The notes below the pieces were generated by a model. It saw only the letters and a program-made list of their open reading frames with translations, was not told the origin of the DNA and did not search any database. A stretch of DNA of 64,000 nt, taken from Octopus sinensis. Taxonomy: Eukaryota. The number at the start of each line of letters is the position of its first letter. The first letter of the stretch is position 1. Where the stretch lies: assembly GCF_006345805.1 (NCBI RefSeq), contig NC_042997.1, forward strand, positions 152,830,001 through 152,894,000. Reading direction: 5' to 3'. The translations under genes were made by a program, and so were the position numbers. Below are positions 25,262 through 39,197 of this stretch, one piece after another.

Positions 25262-25480
25262 TGTTTGTGTGTTTTCCCCCTCCCCCATAAACGTTTAATA
25301 ACCAGTGGTGGTTTGTTTACGTCCTCCGTAACCTAGCACTTCGGCAAAAGTGTCTGATGGAAGAAGACTTCAATACAAATAAATAATTACTGGTGTCGAT
25401 TTCTTTCGACTAAATACTTCAGTGCGATAGCCAAGCATGGCCACAGTCTAATGATTGAAACAACTGAAAGATAAAGGATA
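25262..25480 (+). mobile_element. SINE family B, 3' half, diverged
   Basis: GTTTACGTCCTCCGTAACCTAGC...AAGCATGGCCACAGTC. Confidence 0.75.
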
Positions 25481-25617
25481 AAATATATATAGAAATGTGC
25501 GCACACGCATACTCAGATATCTACATGCTGACACAAACATTTAGAATATATATGTGTGTGTGTTGTGTGTGTGTGAAGCTTTGCCATTCATACATTCATT
25601 ATTTTCTTCCACTCTAG

Positions 25618-26440
25618 AGGAACAAGGCCTGAAACATTTTAGGGAGGGGGCCAGTCGATTAGATCGATCCCAGTACGCAACTGGTACTTAATTTATCGAC
25701 CCCGAACTGATGAAAGGCAAAGTCGACCTCGTCGGAATTTGAGCTCGGAACATAAGACAGACGAAATACTGCTAAGCATTTCGCCCGGCGTGCAAAGGTT
25801 TCTTATTTCTTTAATGCCCATAAGGGGTTAAGGAAGGAAGGAAGCACTCCGTCGGTTACGACGATGAGGGTTCCGGTTGATCCGAATCAACGGAACAGCC
25901 TGCTCGTGAAATTAACGTGTAAGTGGCTGAGCACTCCACAGACACGTGTACCCTTAACGTAGTTCTCGGGGATATTCAGCGTGACACAGAGAGTGACAAG
26001 GCCGGCCCTTTGAAATACAGGTACAACAGAAACAGGAAGTAAGAGTGAGAGAAAGTTGTGGTGAAAGAGTACAGCAGGGATCACCACCATCCCCTGCCGG
26101 AGCCACGTGGAGCTTTTAGGTGTTTTCGCTCAATAAACACTCACAACGCCCGGTCTGGGAATCGAAACCGCGATCCTATGACCGCGAGTCCGCTGCCCTA
26201 ACCACTGGGCCATTGCGCCTCCATATAAGGGGTTAAACATAGAGGAGACAAACAAGGACAGACAAAGAGATTAATCGATTATAACGACCCCCAGTGCATA
26301 GCTGGTACTTAATTTATCGTCCCCAAAAGGATGAAAAGCAAAGTTGACCTCGGCGGAATTCGAACTCAGAACTTAACGCCAGACGAAATACTGCTAAGCA
26401 TTTCGCCCGGCGTGCTAACGTTTCTGCCAGCTCACAGCCT
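25618..26440 (-). mobile_element. Nested SINE family A copies (older copy 25618-25800; tailed copy 25801-25831 plus 26225-26440)
   Basis: Collinear with other family A copies; tail interrupted by a family D SINE. Confidence 0.82.
25832..26224 (-). mobile_element. tRNA-derived SINE family D, full length, 12-bp TSD
   Basis: Head TGGAGGCGCAATGGCCCAGTGGTTAGG...GGTTTCGATTCCC, (TTCC)n tail, TSD ATAAGGGGTTAA at 25820-25831 and 26225-26236. Confidence 0.9.
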
Positions 26441-26669
26441 TTTCATGCTTTCGTTATTAACGAAAATAACTCCAATATGCGTGTATATGTATACGCACAC
26501 GTACACACACGCACGTATATTTTGTTGAGAAAGCGCTTAAACTTTAAGGCAATAATACATTTAGGAACGGCATGAATGTCACAATTCTCACCTTCAACAG
26601 AAACAAAAATGTATGTCTTCATATTCATTAATATGCAATAACTAATTCAGATATTTTTAAAATATCGCT

Positions 26670-26877
26670 TACGAGTGGGTGCTTTGGGTAAAAGAAAATA
26701 CAGGAATATCAATTAATTGTGATTTAATTCAACATATTTCCCTCTCAGTTTTATTCAATTATTGCGGTGTTCCTTCAGTTTTTCTAAGCCCTGTAATAAA
26801 AAACTCAGAAAGTCGGGCCTCCAGTCAGGCCTTTCACGACAGCCTTAAAGCCAGGATCTTTTCAGCACCCCCTCGTG
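26670..26877 (-). mobile_element. Mariner-derived miniature element
   Basis: Termini TACGAGTGGGTGCT and AGCACCCCCTCGTG are inverted (1 mismatch in the core) and resemble mariner TIRs. Confidence 0.7.
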
Positions 26878-27384
26878 CATCTCTGATCTTAAGAAGTGCA
26901 TGTGTGCTGCTACACCGAATTCCTGAATTCATCTTTTAAGAAAAGTAAGAAGTCTTATATTTCATGTGTATTATGAGATACAAAATACACAATTAACATG
27001 CCAAATATTTCTTAGTATGTAGTTAATGATTGTTGAAAAGGCATGACGAATACAGATTCCTATTCATAGTAAACCATACAAAGAAACAGCTTAGGTCAGG
27101 TTTCATGTCAACTTAAAAAAAAAAAATGCGGTCGACTTTTGTTGGAACCGTTTACGCAAGTGTTGATAATATTCCTGAGAAAGGAATGTACCCCACAACA
27201 CAGCATTAAGCGTACGAGAAACTCTGTTTAAGTAGTCCACATCCATGCTGTCGTCGTTGTTGATGTTGAGTCGATCGTTAATGCGAACACGATTCTTACT
27301 ATAACTAAGTTGTTTATCTATCTTTCTATCTACTTAGTTATCGCTCTATGTATCAATAATTTAGTGTGTTGTCTGCTCGTGTGT

Positions 27385-27419
<35 letters not shown>

Positions 27420-27531
27420 ATGTGTGTTTGTGTGTGTTTGTGTATGTGTGTGTGTGTGTATGTATGTGTGTGTGCATGTTTGCATGCGTGAATGTACACA
27501 CATGCACACATTCATAAACGCATAACTAACT

Positions 27532-27585
<54 letters not shown>

Positions 27586-27671
27586 CCTACTTACATATAG
27601 ACACACGTACACGTAGGCGGGAAACTTCATAAATCTATTAGCCCTTCTCTTTCCATTTATATACGTGTGTC

Positions 27672-27750
<79 letters not shown>

Positions 27751-27769
27751 AAAGTGAGATAGATAGATA

Positions 27770-27840
<71 letters not shown>

Positions 27841-28117
27841 AACAGACAGACAGACAGAAAATATATGCTATTTGTGTATTTCGTTTATCATTCAGGATTT
27901 CTCGTACTGAATGGTTGTATATTGTTACTACCATGGTATGGACGTGTTTGTGATAATTTGCTCGCATTGAATAAGTTAGTGAAAAAAAAAAGAAGATAAA
28001 AATAAAGCTAGAGGCACTAAATATACACCAACCGAGCTGATAATAGCAATGAGTAAATAGTAATATATGTGTGTGAGTATGTATATATAATATATATACA
28101 AATATAAGTGTGCGTTT

Positions 28118-28157
<40 letters not shown>

Positions 28158-28513
28158 GTGTTTGTATTCATTTCTAACTTAATGGAAATATAGTATATCT
28201 GCGTGAGAACCGCCCAGCTTTTAACAACACGTTCTAAACCATCTGTATAAATTTCATTCATATAGACAAACCGTGCTTTAGTTAAACGACACATATACGC
28301 GTCTATAAACACATGCGGATAATATGATTTATTAATCTCATCGGCACACACCCTCATGCACACAGCGAAAGCCCGCGTTTAAGGAAGTATGTGAAAATGA
28401 AAGGACGAACATGCAACAGAGTAGGAGAGATAATAAAGAAAGAGGTGGATTCTTCAGACACCGGTGGATTTGCTAGTCTTATTCGTCGACTTTTAAAAAA
28501 AGCCCTCTCTTAC

Positions 28514-28538
28514 CTTTGGACATAGTCATTAAAAGTTA
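28514..28538 (-). CDS. Candidate 25-nt exon of a host gene, possibly containing the start codon (M-T-M-S-K, phase 1)
   Basis: Minus strand: CTGAT branch-like motif, TCTTTCGCTTTTTGTACTTTTTCAG acceptor, exon TAACTTTTAATGACTATGTCCAAAG, donor AAG|GTAAGA; product unknown. Confidence 0.4.
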
Positions 28539-28721
28539 CTGAAAAAGTACAAAAAGCGAAAGACTGTCACATCAGACTGGAATGCGCTCAAAGAATGGGT
28601 GAGTAAAAATCTAACGTTTACATATATCGAACTGACTTAATTCTGTCTACCTATCTATTTTGTCTTGTTTTATCTTACACACACACACACACGCAAACGT
28701 ACGCATACATATATATGTCTA

Positions 28722-28854
<133 letters not shown>

Positions 28855-29727
28855 CAGAATAAAGTTTGTTGCCGGTTTATTTATATCGGTATGTGTTATT
28901 GCAAATGAGCATTCACGAACATACGTATATCCATACACACGCTTTCTACACACTTATATATGTATACGAACATATACATACATATATATACACAACCACA
29001 TACATATGTATATGTATACACGCATATATATATTTTTAACGCGCGCGCACACACACACACACACATACATGTTTGTCCCATTTTGTATTTATATATATAC
29101 ATATATATATATTCGCATACACACATAAAGATGCATACGTGCACGCTCAGAACACATGTAGGCATACATACGTTTGTGTGTGTGGTGTGTGTGTGTGTGT
29201 GTGGTGTGTGTGTGTTTGTTTGTGTGTGTGTGCGTGCATGTGTGTAACTATTCATTCAGAAAGAATTCTCAAGGTAATACGTTTCTCAGCACTTGTAAAG
29301 TTTTTGACACCAAATATAAACAAATATTAAGCATTACAAACGCCATCGTCGAATCGCAATAATACCACTAATTAGAGACACTTTGGTATATCCCGAGTGG
29401 TGTAGTAACAGACCTCAGTGAGTCTGGGACTGTATCGTCTTCATTTTTATTTTATTCAAACCAGTAAACGATGATGTGCGAAAGGTTTGACTGCGATTTC
29501 TAGCAGGGTGACTGATCGTATAAAAGATTCTTCTGCGTTAACCTAGAAAATGTTTGTTCTCGTGCGTGTATTCATTTTTTTTTCTTATTTTTTTTTAATA
29601 TCATACCTTTTTCCTTCCCTGCTCATTCGATACCTCAACTAAATGAAATCATTATCATCATCATCATCATCATCGTCATTATTATTATTATTGTTATTAT
29701 CATTATTATTATTATTATTATTATTAT

Positions 29728-29757
<30 letters not shown>

Positions 29758-29758
<1 letters not shown>

Positions 29759-30870
29759 GAGACGGCGAGCTTGCGTCATTTCGTCCGTCTTCACGTTCTG
29801 AGTTCAAATTCCGCCTTCCATCCTTTTCGGGTCGATTAAAAAAGTACCAGTTGAGTACTGGGGTCGATGAGATCGACTATCCCCCTTTGTGCCTATAATA
29901 GAAAGGATAATAATAATAATAATAATAATAATAATCATTATTATTATTATTATTATTATTATCATTATTATTATGATTATTCCTGATAGTGGTTTTAAAT
30001 TCCGGCACAGCGCTAGTAGTGTTTGAGGGGAGGGATAAGCCGATTACATCGACCCCCAGTAATTGATTGGTCCGAAAGGATCAAAGGCAAGGTCGATCTC
30101 GGTGTAATTTGAACTCAGAACATAATGACGCTAAACATATTTTACACAGCGTGCTAGCGATTCTGCCAGCTCTCCACCTTATCATTACTAATAATGAAGC
30201 GGTCTGGCAGATTCGTTAGCGTGTCAGACAAAATGCTTAGTATAATTTCTTCTGGCTTAATGTATGAGTTCAAATTCCCCCAGGAGTTCTACTATGCTTT
30301 TCATTCTTTCGTGTTCGATAAAATAGGTACCAGTTAAGCACAGGAATCATTGTAATCGACTACGCATGTCCCCATAAAATTTTAAACCCAGTGCCTATAG
30401 TAGAAAGGGTTATTATTATTACTAAGGTGGCGAAGACGGCGAGCAGGTAGACTCATTAGTACTTCGGGCAAAATGCTTAGCAGCATTTCTGTCGACTTAT
30501 TAGGTTCTGAGTTCAAATTCCGCCGAACTCGACTTTGCCTTTTAGCCTTCCCGGATCGATAAAAATAAATAGCAGCATTGGATTTGATGTAATCGACTTA
30601 CTCCCTTACCCCGAACTTACTGGGCCTTGTATCAAGATTTGAATCGATTTATTATTAAGGCGGCGGACCCGGTAGAAGCGTAAGCGCGTCGGACAAATTG
30701 CTTAACGGCATTTCTTTTGCCTCTGTACGCTCTGTGTTCAAATCCTGCTGCGGTCAACTTTGCCTTTTATCCTATTATGATTTGATAAAATAAAATACCA
30801 ACCATGGGGTGCATGTAATCAACTTGCCCTCCTCCTCTCAAAATTACTGGTTTTGCATCAAAATTAAAAA
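29758..30870. mobile_element. Cluster of five diverged SINE family A copies (four +, one - at about 29995-30180)
   Basis: B-box and central block recognisable in each; separated by TAA/TTA tracts. Confidence 0.82.
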
Positions 30871-31018
30871 GAATTATTATTAATTTTATTATTATCATTA
30901 TTATTATTTCAGTATTAGTTATTATGAATATTTCTGTATCCTTACATCCTTGAATGAAGTGATTTGTTTGTTCCTTTTTTTGTTTATTTATTCCCTAATT
31001 ATATTGAAAAAAACACTG

Positions 31019-31380
31019 CGTAGTGGTATCAAGTAGCTTCCCATTTAGGAGTGTTCGAATGGCGATCTCAAATTTATGGGCTAATTTCCTGGATTGGGCT
31101 ACTCGTTGTTTCCTTGAAATAAGGCACTTAACTTCACACTACTCCATTCTACTTAACTGAAAATAAATAACACGTGAGTGCTGCTCCAGCTGCCTCAGCC
31201 GCCCTCCTCTCACTAGCTGCCATATACAACTGTGTCACTGGATCAAGGATAAGAGAGAGCCTAGAGGATGTGAATATCTGTTCGCAAATTAACAGAGGGC
31301 CTAAAAAAATTAGCGAAAGCATGGGACATGCTACTAAGCTACGTTATCACTCGCGAGTGACGGCTGGCTATAAATACTGT
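31019..31380 (+). mobile_element. Old tRNA-derived SINE remnant
   Basis: Degenerate head GCGTAGTGG...GTGTTCGAAT and AAGGCACTTAACTTCAC block. Confidence 0.45.
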
Positions 31381-32063
31381 ATTTTACCACTTAGCATTCA
31401 GATTGTCAGATGCAATGTTTATTTATTCACGTTATTTTGAATTAATCATTTATTATCTTATAACTTTGGGATTTCAATAACGAGATTCTTTATTTTCAGA
31501 ATGACATTGTAGTGTAAATGTGAAAGGCTGGATCTGGCCAGTTTAAGCATAAAACAGGTTGACTATTTGAGCCAGATATGACCAGATTAATCGCTAGAGT
31601 GAAACTAAATAATTCTTTTAAATGTGTGTAAGTCCTAAGAGTTTTGGTCATATATTTATCAGTATCTGCTTTAATCATTCTTAAGATACATAATATAGTG
31701 GATGGGGATTTCTGTGCTCGATCGCTATATTCTGGTTATCTCTATTTCCAGATTTTATATCTATTTCAGTTAATCTTCTGCCGATTCCAGTCATTAGACC
31801 GCAGTCATGCAAAAGTTATAGGTTTCAAAGGACCATATCAACTCGCAGTGTTTCATTTTATTCTTCCACTTATCAAATAACTGTCTTGACAGAAGTATGC
31901 ACTCACGCATATGCGTAGGTGGGTGAAAGCATGATTGCGTGTATATATTTGAACAAAAACACACACTCGTGTGTGTGTGTATGTGTACATATAGGTAATG
32001 AAAATGTAAACAGGCGAAAACTTTTCAAGAAACAACAGCGTAGGGCTCAAGTTATTATATGTA

Positions 32064-32251
32064 TAGGCGTAGGAGTGGTTGTGTGGTAAGTAGCTTGCAT
32101 ACCAACCACATGGTTCCGGGTTCAGTCCTACTGCATGGCATCTTGGGCAAGTGTCTTCTACTATAGCCTCGGGCCGACTAAAGCCTTGTGAATGGATTTG
32201 GAAGACGGAAACTGAAAGAAGCCCGTTGTATGTATGTACATATACATATAT

Positions 32252-32306
<55 letters not shown>

Positions 32307-32493
32307 GTGTTATATGTTTGTGTGTCTGTGTTTGTCCATCCAACATCGCTTGACAACCGATGCTGGTGTGTTTACGTCCCCGTAACTTAGCGGTTCGGCA
32401 AAAAGACCGCTAGAATAAGTACTAGGCTTACCAAGAATAAGTCATGGGATCGATTTGCTCGACTAAAGGCGGTGCTCCAGCATGGCCACAGTC
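32064..32493 (+). mobile_element. SINE family B, full length
   Basis: Head, internal (TA)n and 3' block. Confidence 0.9.
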
Positions 32494-32919
32494 ATGCGTG
32501 TATGTTTATAAAACTTATGACGCAGGGCGGTTATTAAGTTTCTCCAAGTCATCAGATCTGCATGTGTTACCTGTTTCCTATCGCTGCCGAATTTTTTTTC
32601 TTATTGAAGTTATTACTGCCCGTCCCGTACAGAATTTTAGGTTCAATATGGCTTCTACAATACCTCATAACCCTCTTTGCCCAACAAGTATCTTCTAGAA
32701 ACTAATCGAGAATAAACTGTCGGATGTCCAAATAGCTCGTTATGTGTACGTGCGTCAATGTATGCACACGTGTATGTGTGTATGTGTATATATGTATGTA
32801 TATATGTATGTGTGCGCGTATATATGTATGCATGTGTGAGTATGCATGTATCTATGCATGCATGAGTATGTAAGTATGCAGGTATGTGTGTTTGTATGTA
32901 TGCATGTGAGTATGCATGT

Positions 32920-33137
32920 AGTGGAGGTGTATGGTCAGTGGTTGGGATGTTGCATTTATGATTGTAAGTTTGTGGTTTCGATTCTAGGGCCAAGCGATGC
33001 ATTGTTTTCTTGAGCAAAATACTTCATTTTACGTTGTTCCAGTCCGCTCAGATGGCAAAAATGAGTAATCATACGATGGACTGGCATCCTGTTCGGAAAA
33101 CCGGACTCATGAGCCTAAGGCTGGGGGAAGGGCTTCT
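32920..33137 (+). mobile_element. Older SINE (family C-like)
   Basis: GGTCAGTGGTT...GGTTTCGATTC...CTTGAGCAAAATACTTCATTTTACGTTG. Confidence 0.6.
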
Positions 33138-33777
33138 TTTGTTTGTTTTCATGATTGTGTGTATGCATGTGTCTATGCATATCTAACGGACACCTACATT
33201 ACTTCTCTGAACTAAATTCCAGTCATAGATCCTAAGTTAACACTAAGTTACAGTCGAAAACATTTACCGCTAAGCCTCGTGTTCGATATGCCTACGTCTT
33301 GAGATACTTTGTTAATATTTTCCCCCTTTTAGATACATATCGTTTGTTGTCTGTAGGAAACAATACATGTACTACCAGACATTTGTTTTCTTGGATATCG
33401 TTCATAATAATAGCTGGGTGATCCCCCACCACCACCACTACCATTCTCACCGCTTTTGTGATTTGGCGTGCTGCAAAGCACGGTAACCTTTATCATTTCT
33501 TTGAATCCGTTTCAGTTTCCTCATTTTACTATTACTATTTTTTAACAATTTTTTTTTATCATGTTGTTATAATTTCATACGGATTCTACTGCTGCTTTCC
33601 AAAGGTATGTGTACTATTGTCTTTTGAAGAATGTGCTGTTGTGTTTGTATGCTACATCTCTTTTGCTCGGTTGAAGAGTTTTTATTAAATGTTTCAGCTC
33701 GATTATAGGTTGATTTTTCTATAGATGTTTCTGTATTAGTGTTTCATCAGTTCATTGTGTAGACTTAATTCTTTCTA

Positions 33778-34167
33778 TTCTTTTACATGTTACAGTCATT
33801 TGACTGCGGCCATGCTGGAGCACCGCCTTTAGTCGAATAAAAAGAAAGCCCAAACTTATTCTTTGTAAGCCTAGTACTTATTCTATCGGACTCTTTTGCC
33901 GAACCGCTAAGTTACGGGGACGCAAACACACTAACATCTGTTGACAAGTGATGGATGGGGAACAAACACAGACTCTCAAATACACACACACACACGTATA
34001 TATATGACGGAATTCTTTCAGTTTACGTTTACCAAATCCACTCTCAAGACTTTGGTTGACTTGAGGACATAGTAGAAGATACTTGCCCTAGGTGCCATGC
34101 AGGGGGACTGAACCTGGAACCATGTGGTGTGGAAGCAAGCTTCTCACCCCATAGCCACTCCTGCGCC
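33778..34167 (-). mobile_element. SINE family B
   Basis: Reverse complement of the full family B layout. Confidence 0.88.
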
Positions 34168-34893
34168 CAATGCTATGTAAGTTTTATTGCTTTGTCGATT
34201 GGTGTTTGTACTTCGAGTTTGTTGCGTTAGCTGTGTTTTCGTTTTTAGTGTTAGCTGATGATTGTGTAGAGTATGTGCTGTGTGGTTTGTGATTGCGTGG
34301 TACATAAGTAAAATATATAGAGCTGTGTTGGTTGTCGTTGGTGTTGTCTGCGATAGATTATAGAGTCGGATGTCGATTATGTAAAAAAAAAATGTGTATG
34401 CTATTTAATTTTTATTAACTGGTGATCGTGTTGCGTATATGTTGAGTGATTTCTGTTGTATTAATGAGTAGTTTATTGTGTTAGAGTTTGTATTATGTGA
34501 TCTTTGTTATATTAGAGAGTGGGGACTGTATAGAGTATGTGCTGTGTGGGCTGTGTAATATTAGTGGGTGGTTATTATTTAAGTATGTGTTGCGTAGGTT
34601 GTGATGCTATTGGCTGGTTTAATGTGTTGTGTAGGTGTTTTATATTATCGGGTCGTGCTTGTGTGGAACAGTTTTTTCCCAATGTTTTTGCTCTTGGGAG
34701 CCGTTGAAATAAATTCCATGTCTAAAGGAGCGCCTACATAAAAAATTGTTATGTCATATTTAATCTAATTAGTCCTTCCTAGAGTTAAATTTCATAGGTG
34801 ATTAAATAAAATCATAGAATTACATTTGAAATGTTTCAGAAATAAAAGTCATAAACAAAAACTTGTTCAAGTTAAATTCCCAATAGAATTTCC

Positions 34894-35308
34894 GGATCTT
34901 TTCGGTTTGAACGGCAGTTTTTTGTAACGGTGTCATATGAAGTTGTCACTCATAATTTGACCCTAGTATCGATCTACTGCATTTCAATCTGTTTTAGAGT
35001 TAGGGTTAGGGGTGGGGGGAAGGGTATCTTTTTTTCTTCAGAAATGTAAATAAACCCAATCTGTTTCTTAAACGAGGGACATATTCATACGGCACAGAAT
35101 GATTTTTACCTCAATGGACGTAATTGATTGGTTGAAATTGCAGAAATTGAAGAAAAAAACAACAAATATCTTACAAACTATAGAATTTTCTCAATAAAGC
35201 CAAGAGAAAAAGATGTTTTATAAACACATTCTACCAGTATACGAAGTTTAAAATTTCTTAGTTACCTAGAAATTATGTTAAAAACTGCCGTCCAAACCGA
35301 AAAGATCC
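34894..35308. mobile_element. 415-bp MITE with ~28-bp TIRs and 8-bp TSD (Merlin-like by termini)
   Basis: TIR GGATCTTTTCGGTTTGAACGGCAGTTTT / AAAACTGCCGTCCAAACCGAAAAGATCC (1 mismatch); TSD GAATTTCC at 34886-34893 and 35309-35316. Confidence 0.9.
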
Positions 35309-36023
35309 GAATTTCCTTATGAAGTAGTTATTTTTTTTCCTTCATCGTTAATGCTAGCAGTACCCATGGAAATACCACGGTTATTTTGAAAACTGCAAGA
35401 TGTTTGGAAGTTTATAGAGAACCATGAAAAACATAACTTCTTTTAAAATCGCATTTAGTTTAAACGTGTAAAAGCCCACATAGGTAGTATTGAATGTGTA
35501 GTTTTAGGCGACATCTCTGAAAGCTATATTGTTTATAAGAGACTTGTCCTATCTTCTACCCACGAGTTGTTATCTGTCATTTATCTACTAGTTTTCGACA
35601 ATCTTAAATATAGAATTAAATCGAAGATATAAACTAACTGTAATATTATTCTACTACTGTACAACTACATAGACAAAACTTTAACAAAACTTAATACACT
35701 GTATAACATCCTTATTACCATTTCAGAGGGAAAATCGTATGATAAGTCTTATGGCTACTCTCCTGAGCTATATATTCTAAAACCAGAAACGTATCAATAA
35801 TAAATACGACACGGCTGTACGGTTAAAAGAAAATTGCTTCATAACCCTGCAGTTCTGGGTTCCGTTCCACTCTGTAGTAACTTGCGTAATATCTTTCTTA
35901 TATAACATCGATTTGATTAATACTCTGAATAAAATTTGGTTGACAGAAACAGTATAAAAACCGGTTGTGCGTGTGCGTGCGTTAGTGTACGCTCACACAC
36001 ACATCTCACTCTCTCTCTCTGTA

Positions 36024-36063
<40 letters not shown>

Positions 36064-36279
36064 AAATATAGACAGATTGATAGACATAGACATTATGGAC
36101 TCTCCCGCCGTTAGACGACTTATGAGGTTTCTGCAATTTCTTACTGAACAAACACACAAACGATTTGTTTATAGCGATCAAACCTTTGTGTTTATATAAA
36201 CCCACTCCGTCCATCAAATCGACATTACCCACGACGACGGTGTTAACATTGGTGGTGGTAATGATGATGTTATTCTACG

Positions 36280-36575
36280 AAGGCGTGCGCTCTGGGGAGT
36301 TAAGATGTTGAGCTCAAGAACGTGAACTCTGTAATTCAGCTCCTGGACCAGGCAGTGCGTTATGGCCTTGATCGGATCACTTCACTCTACGTTCCTTCAG
36401 TATACTCAGATGAAATGAGTACCAGTCGACTGCTCATCCATTCTCTTCTTCCTGAAGTTGACACATTCTTGACATTCTGTTGGATCAAGCGACAGTGGAG
36501 AGGACCCGACGAGGGTGTCCATATCTGCTCGGGACATCATTGGGCACGTAAAACAATTAACGGAATCATTTTGGC
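36280..36575 (+). mobile_element. Old SINE remnant (family C-like)
   Basis: Degenerate tRNA-like head and CACTTCACTCTACGTT block. Confidence 0.4.
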
Positions 36576-37575
36576 TTGCGAATGATGAATGTTTTGTTTT
36601 ATGTGGTGTTTATTAGTGTTGCTATAATCGTAGCACAGATTATGTCACCCTTCTTCTCAGAAGCAGACTCTAATCCAGCTTAAAACTTCTAATTTTCACA
36701 GCCTATCTCTTTCTTTTTCTTTTCTCTTTATTTCTCTATCTTTCTTTTTCTCTCCTTTCCTTTCTCTCGTCCGCTTATTCTCTCTGCTTTACATATGCCA
36801 TAAATCTATCGTGGTTACCTCTCTGCTCCCACCACGTCTGGTATCTAATTTCATTGAAGTGGAAGAAAGAATAAGATTAGAAGTAATAAATAGTCTTGGC
36901 CAAAGGATTCCAATGCAACATTCTACTAGTTCAAAAAGAGAAAGTGAGAAAGAGAGACACTGAGAGTGATGAAGAGAGAGAGAGTGAGACAGAGAAAGAG
37001 AAAGAGAAAGAGAAAGAAAGAAGTAAAGAAAGAAAAAGAGTGAGATTCGGTTCTTAACATCGAACTTGACTTAAACGAGTGACGAGTGATTAAAAGTTAT
37101 CCTAGTGATGACGATTCAGCTGTCTTAACGAAAATATCAAAATATCAAAAGGGATTTGTGTGTGTGTGTGTGTGTGCATCTGTTTGTGCGAGTGTGAGAG
37201 AGTGTGTATATGTGTGTGTGCATGTGTATGTATTTGTGTTTGTGTGTGTGTGCCTTTGAATGTGAGTGTGCGTTGTGTGTGTTTGAGATTGCTAAGCGTA
37301 TGTCTGTGTGTTTGTATGTCCATGTGTTTTGTATGAGTGCTTACGCAGTTGTCTGTAGATGTATGTATGTGTGGAGAGTGGTAGATGTCTGTGTGTGTTT
37401 GTGTTTCTGTATCTGCTTGTGTGTGTGTGTGTTTCGTGTGGAGACTGGCAGGTATTTGTGTGTGTATATGTATGTATGTTCGTGTGTATGTAAAGGAGTC
37501 AGTAGGAGCATTTGTATGTGTTTGTATAAGTGCATTGCATGTGTTCGTGTGTTAGTACATATATATATATATATA

Positions 37576-37615
<40 letters not shown>

Positions 37616-38304
37616 AGTCAGTGTGATTGTATGAATATTATATTTGCGTGCTCATATTTATGTCTCTATGTTTATGTGCATCTGTGAGTCTATAGTATGT
37701 GTCTGCGTGTACATTTTTACAACACATCTGTTTATAGAGTGTTTCTGCCTGACTTCAGAATGGGTGCCATTTTGTAATTTTAATACGATAGTGTCTATTG
37801 ATGTATGCGTGTATACCAGTGTGTTTCAGAGTTAGATAAATAATTTTATATTTTTTCCACTTATTTTTCCATTAGTTTTCCTTAATCGATAACATATCCT
37901 TCTTTCCGATAACGTAAGTTTTAGTCATGCATGCACAAACATACGGACACCAGCGCATGCACACATACGTATGTCGCACGAACACTCTCCTACACACACA
38001 CACACAAACAAACAAAGTAACATTTTCTTCGATTCATATTCATGTCAATCGAACATTTAAACAATAATACATTTTTCTATTGACACAAAGAAGATGGTTG
38101 AGATGAAGGAGAGGAAGACGCTGTTAGGACAAAAAAAAAATGGAAATTCATAAATAAATAAAGATGTTAAAATGTTCTAATATCTCCTATAAGAACAACT
38201 GAAAATGTTGATGATGATGATGATGATGACGACAACGACAACGACGACGATGATGATGAATGATGATGATGATGACGATTGTAATGATGGTGATAATAAT
38301 AATA

Positions 38305-38699
38305 ATCCTTTCTACTAAAGGCACAAGGCCTGAAATTTGTGGGAAGGAGACTAGTCGATTAGATCGACCCCAATGTTTCACTGGTACTTAATTTATCGAC
38401 TTCGAAAGGATGAAAGGAAAGTCGACCTCGGCGGAACTTCAGCTCAGAACTCAAAGAGAGACGAAATACCCATTTCTTTATTGCCCACAAGGAGCTAAAC
38501 ATAGCGGGAACAAACAAGGACAGATAAAGGGATTAAGTCGATTATATCGACCCCAGTGCGTAACTGGTACTTATTTAATCGACCCCGAAAGGATAAAAGG
38601 CAAAGTCGACCTCGGCGGAATTTGAACTCAGAACGTAACGGCAGGCGAAATACTACTAAGCATTTCGTCCGGCGTCTTAACGATTCTGCCAGCTAGCAG

Positions 38700-38767
<68 letters not shown>

Positions 38768-39145
38768 TTCCTTTCTCCTACAGGAAGAACGGCCTGACAT
38801 TTTGGGGAAGGAGGTAAATCTATTACATCGACCCAATTGTTTCACTGGTATTTAATTTATTGACCCCCAAACGATGAAAGGCAAAGTCGGTCGCAGCGGA
38901 GTTTCAACTTAGAACATAGCGACTGGTAAAATACTGCTAAGCATTTCGCACGGCGTGCTAACGGTTCTTCCCACTCGCCGCCTTTATGATAACAATAATA
39001 ATAATATTTTCTACTGAAGGTACAAAGCCTCAGATTTGTGAGGAAGGGACAAGTCGATTACATCGACCGCAGTGTTTTGCTGCTACTTAATTTAGTGAAC
39101 TCCAAAGGATGAAAAGTAAAGTCGACTTCGGTGGAATCTGAACTC

Positions 39146-39197
<52 letters not shown>

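Noticed and set aside
26679-26939. 86-aa ORF as an exon
   Set aside because: It overlaps the mariner-derived miniature element, and the frame stops before the nearby donor
35000-35011. Interstitial telomere
   Set aside because: Only two TTAGGG units, internal to a MITE
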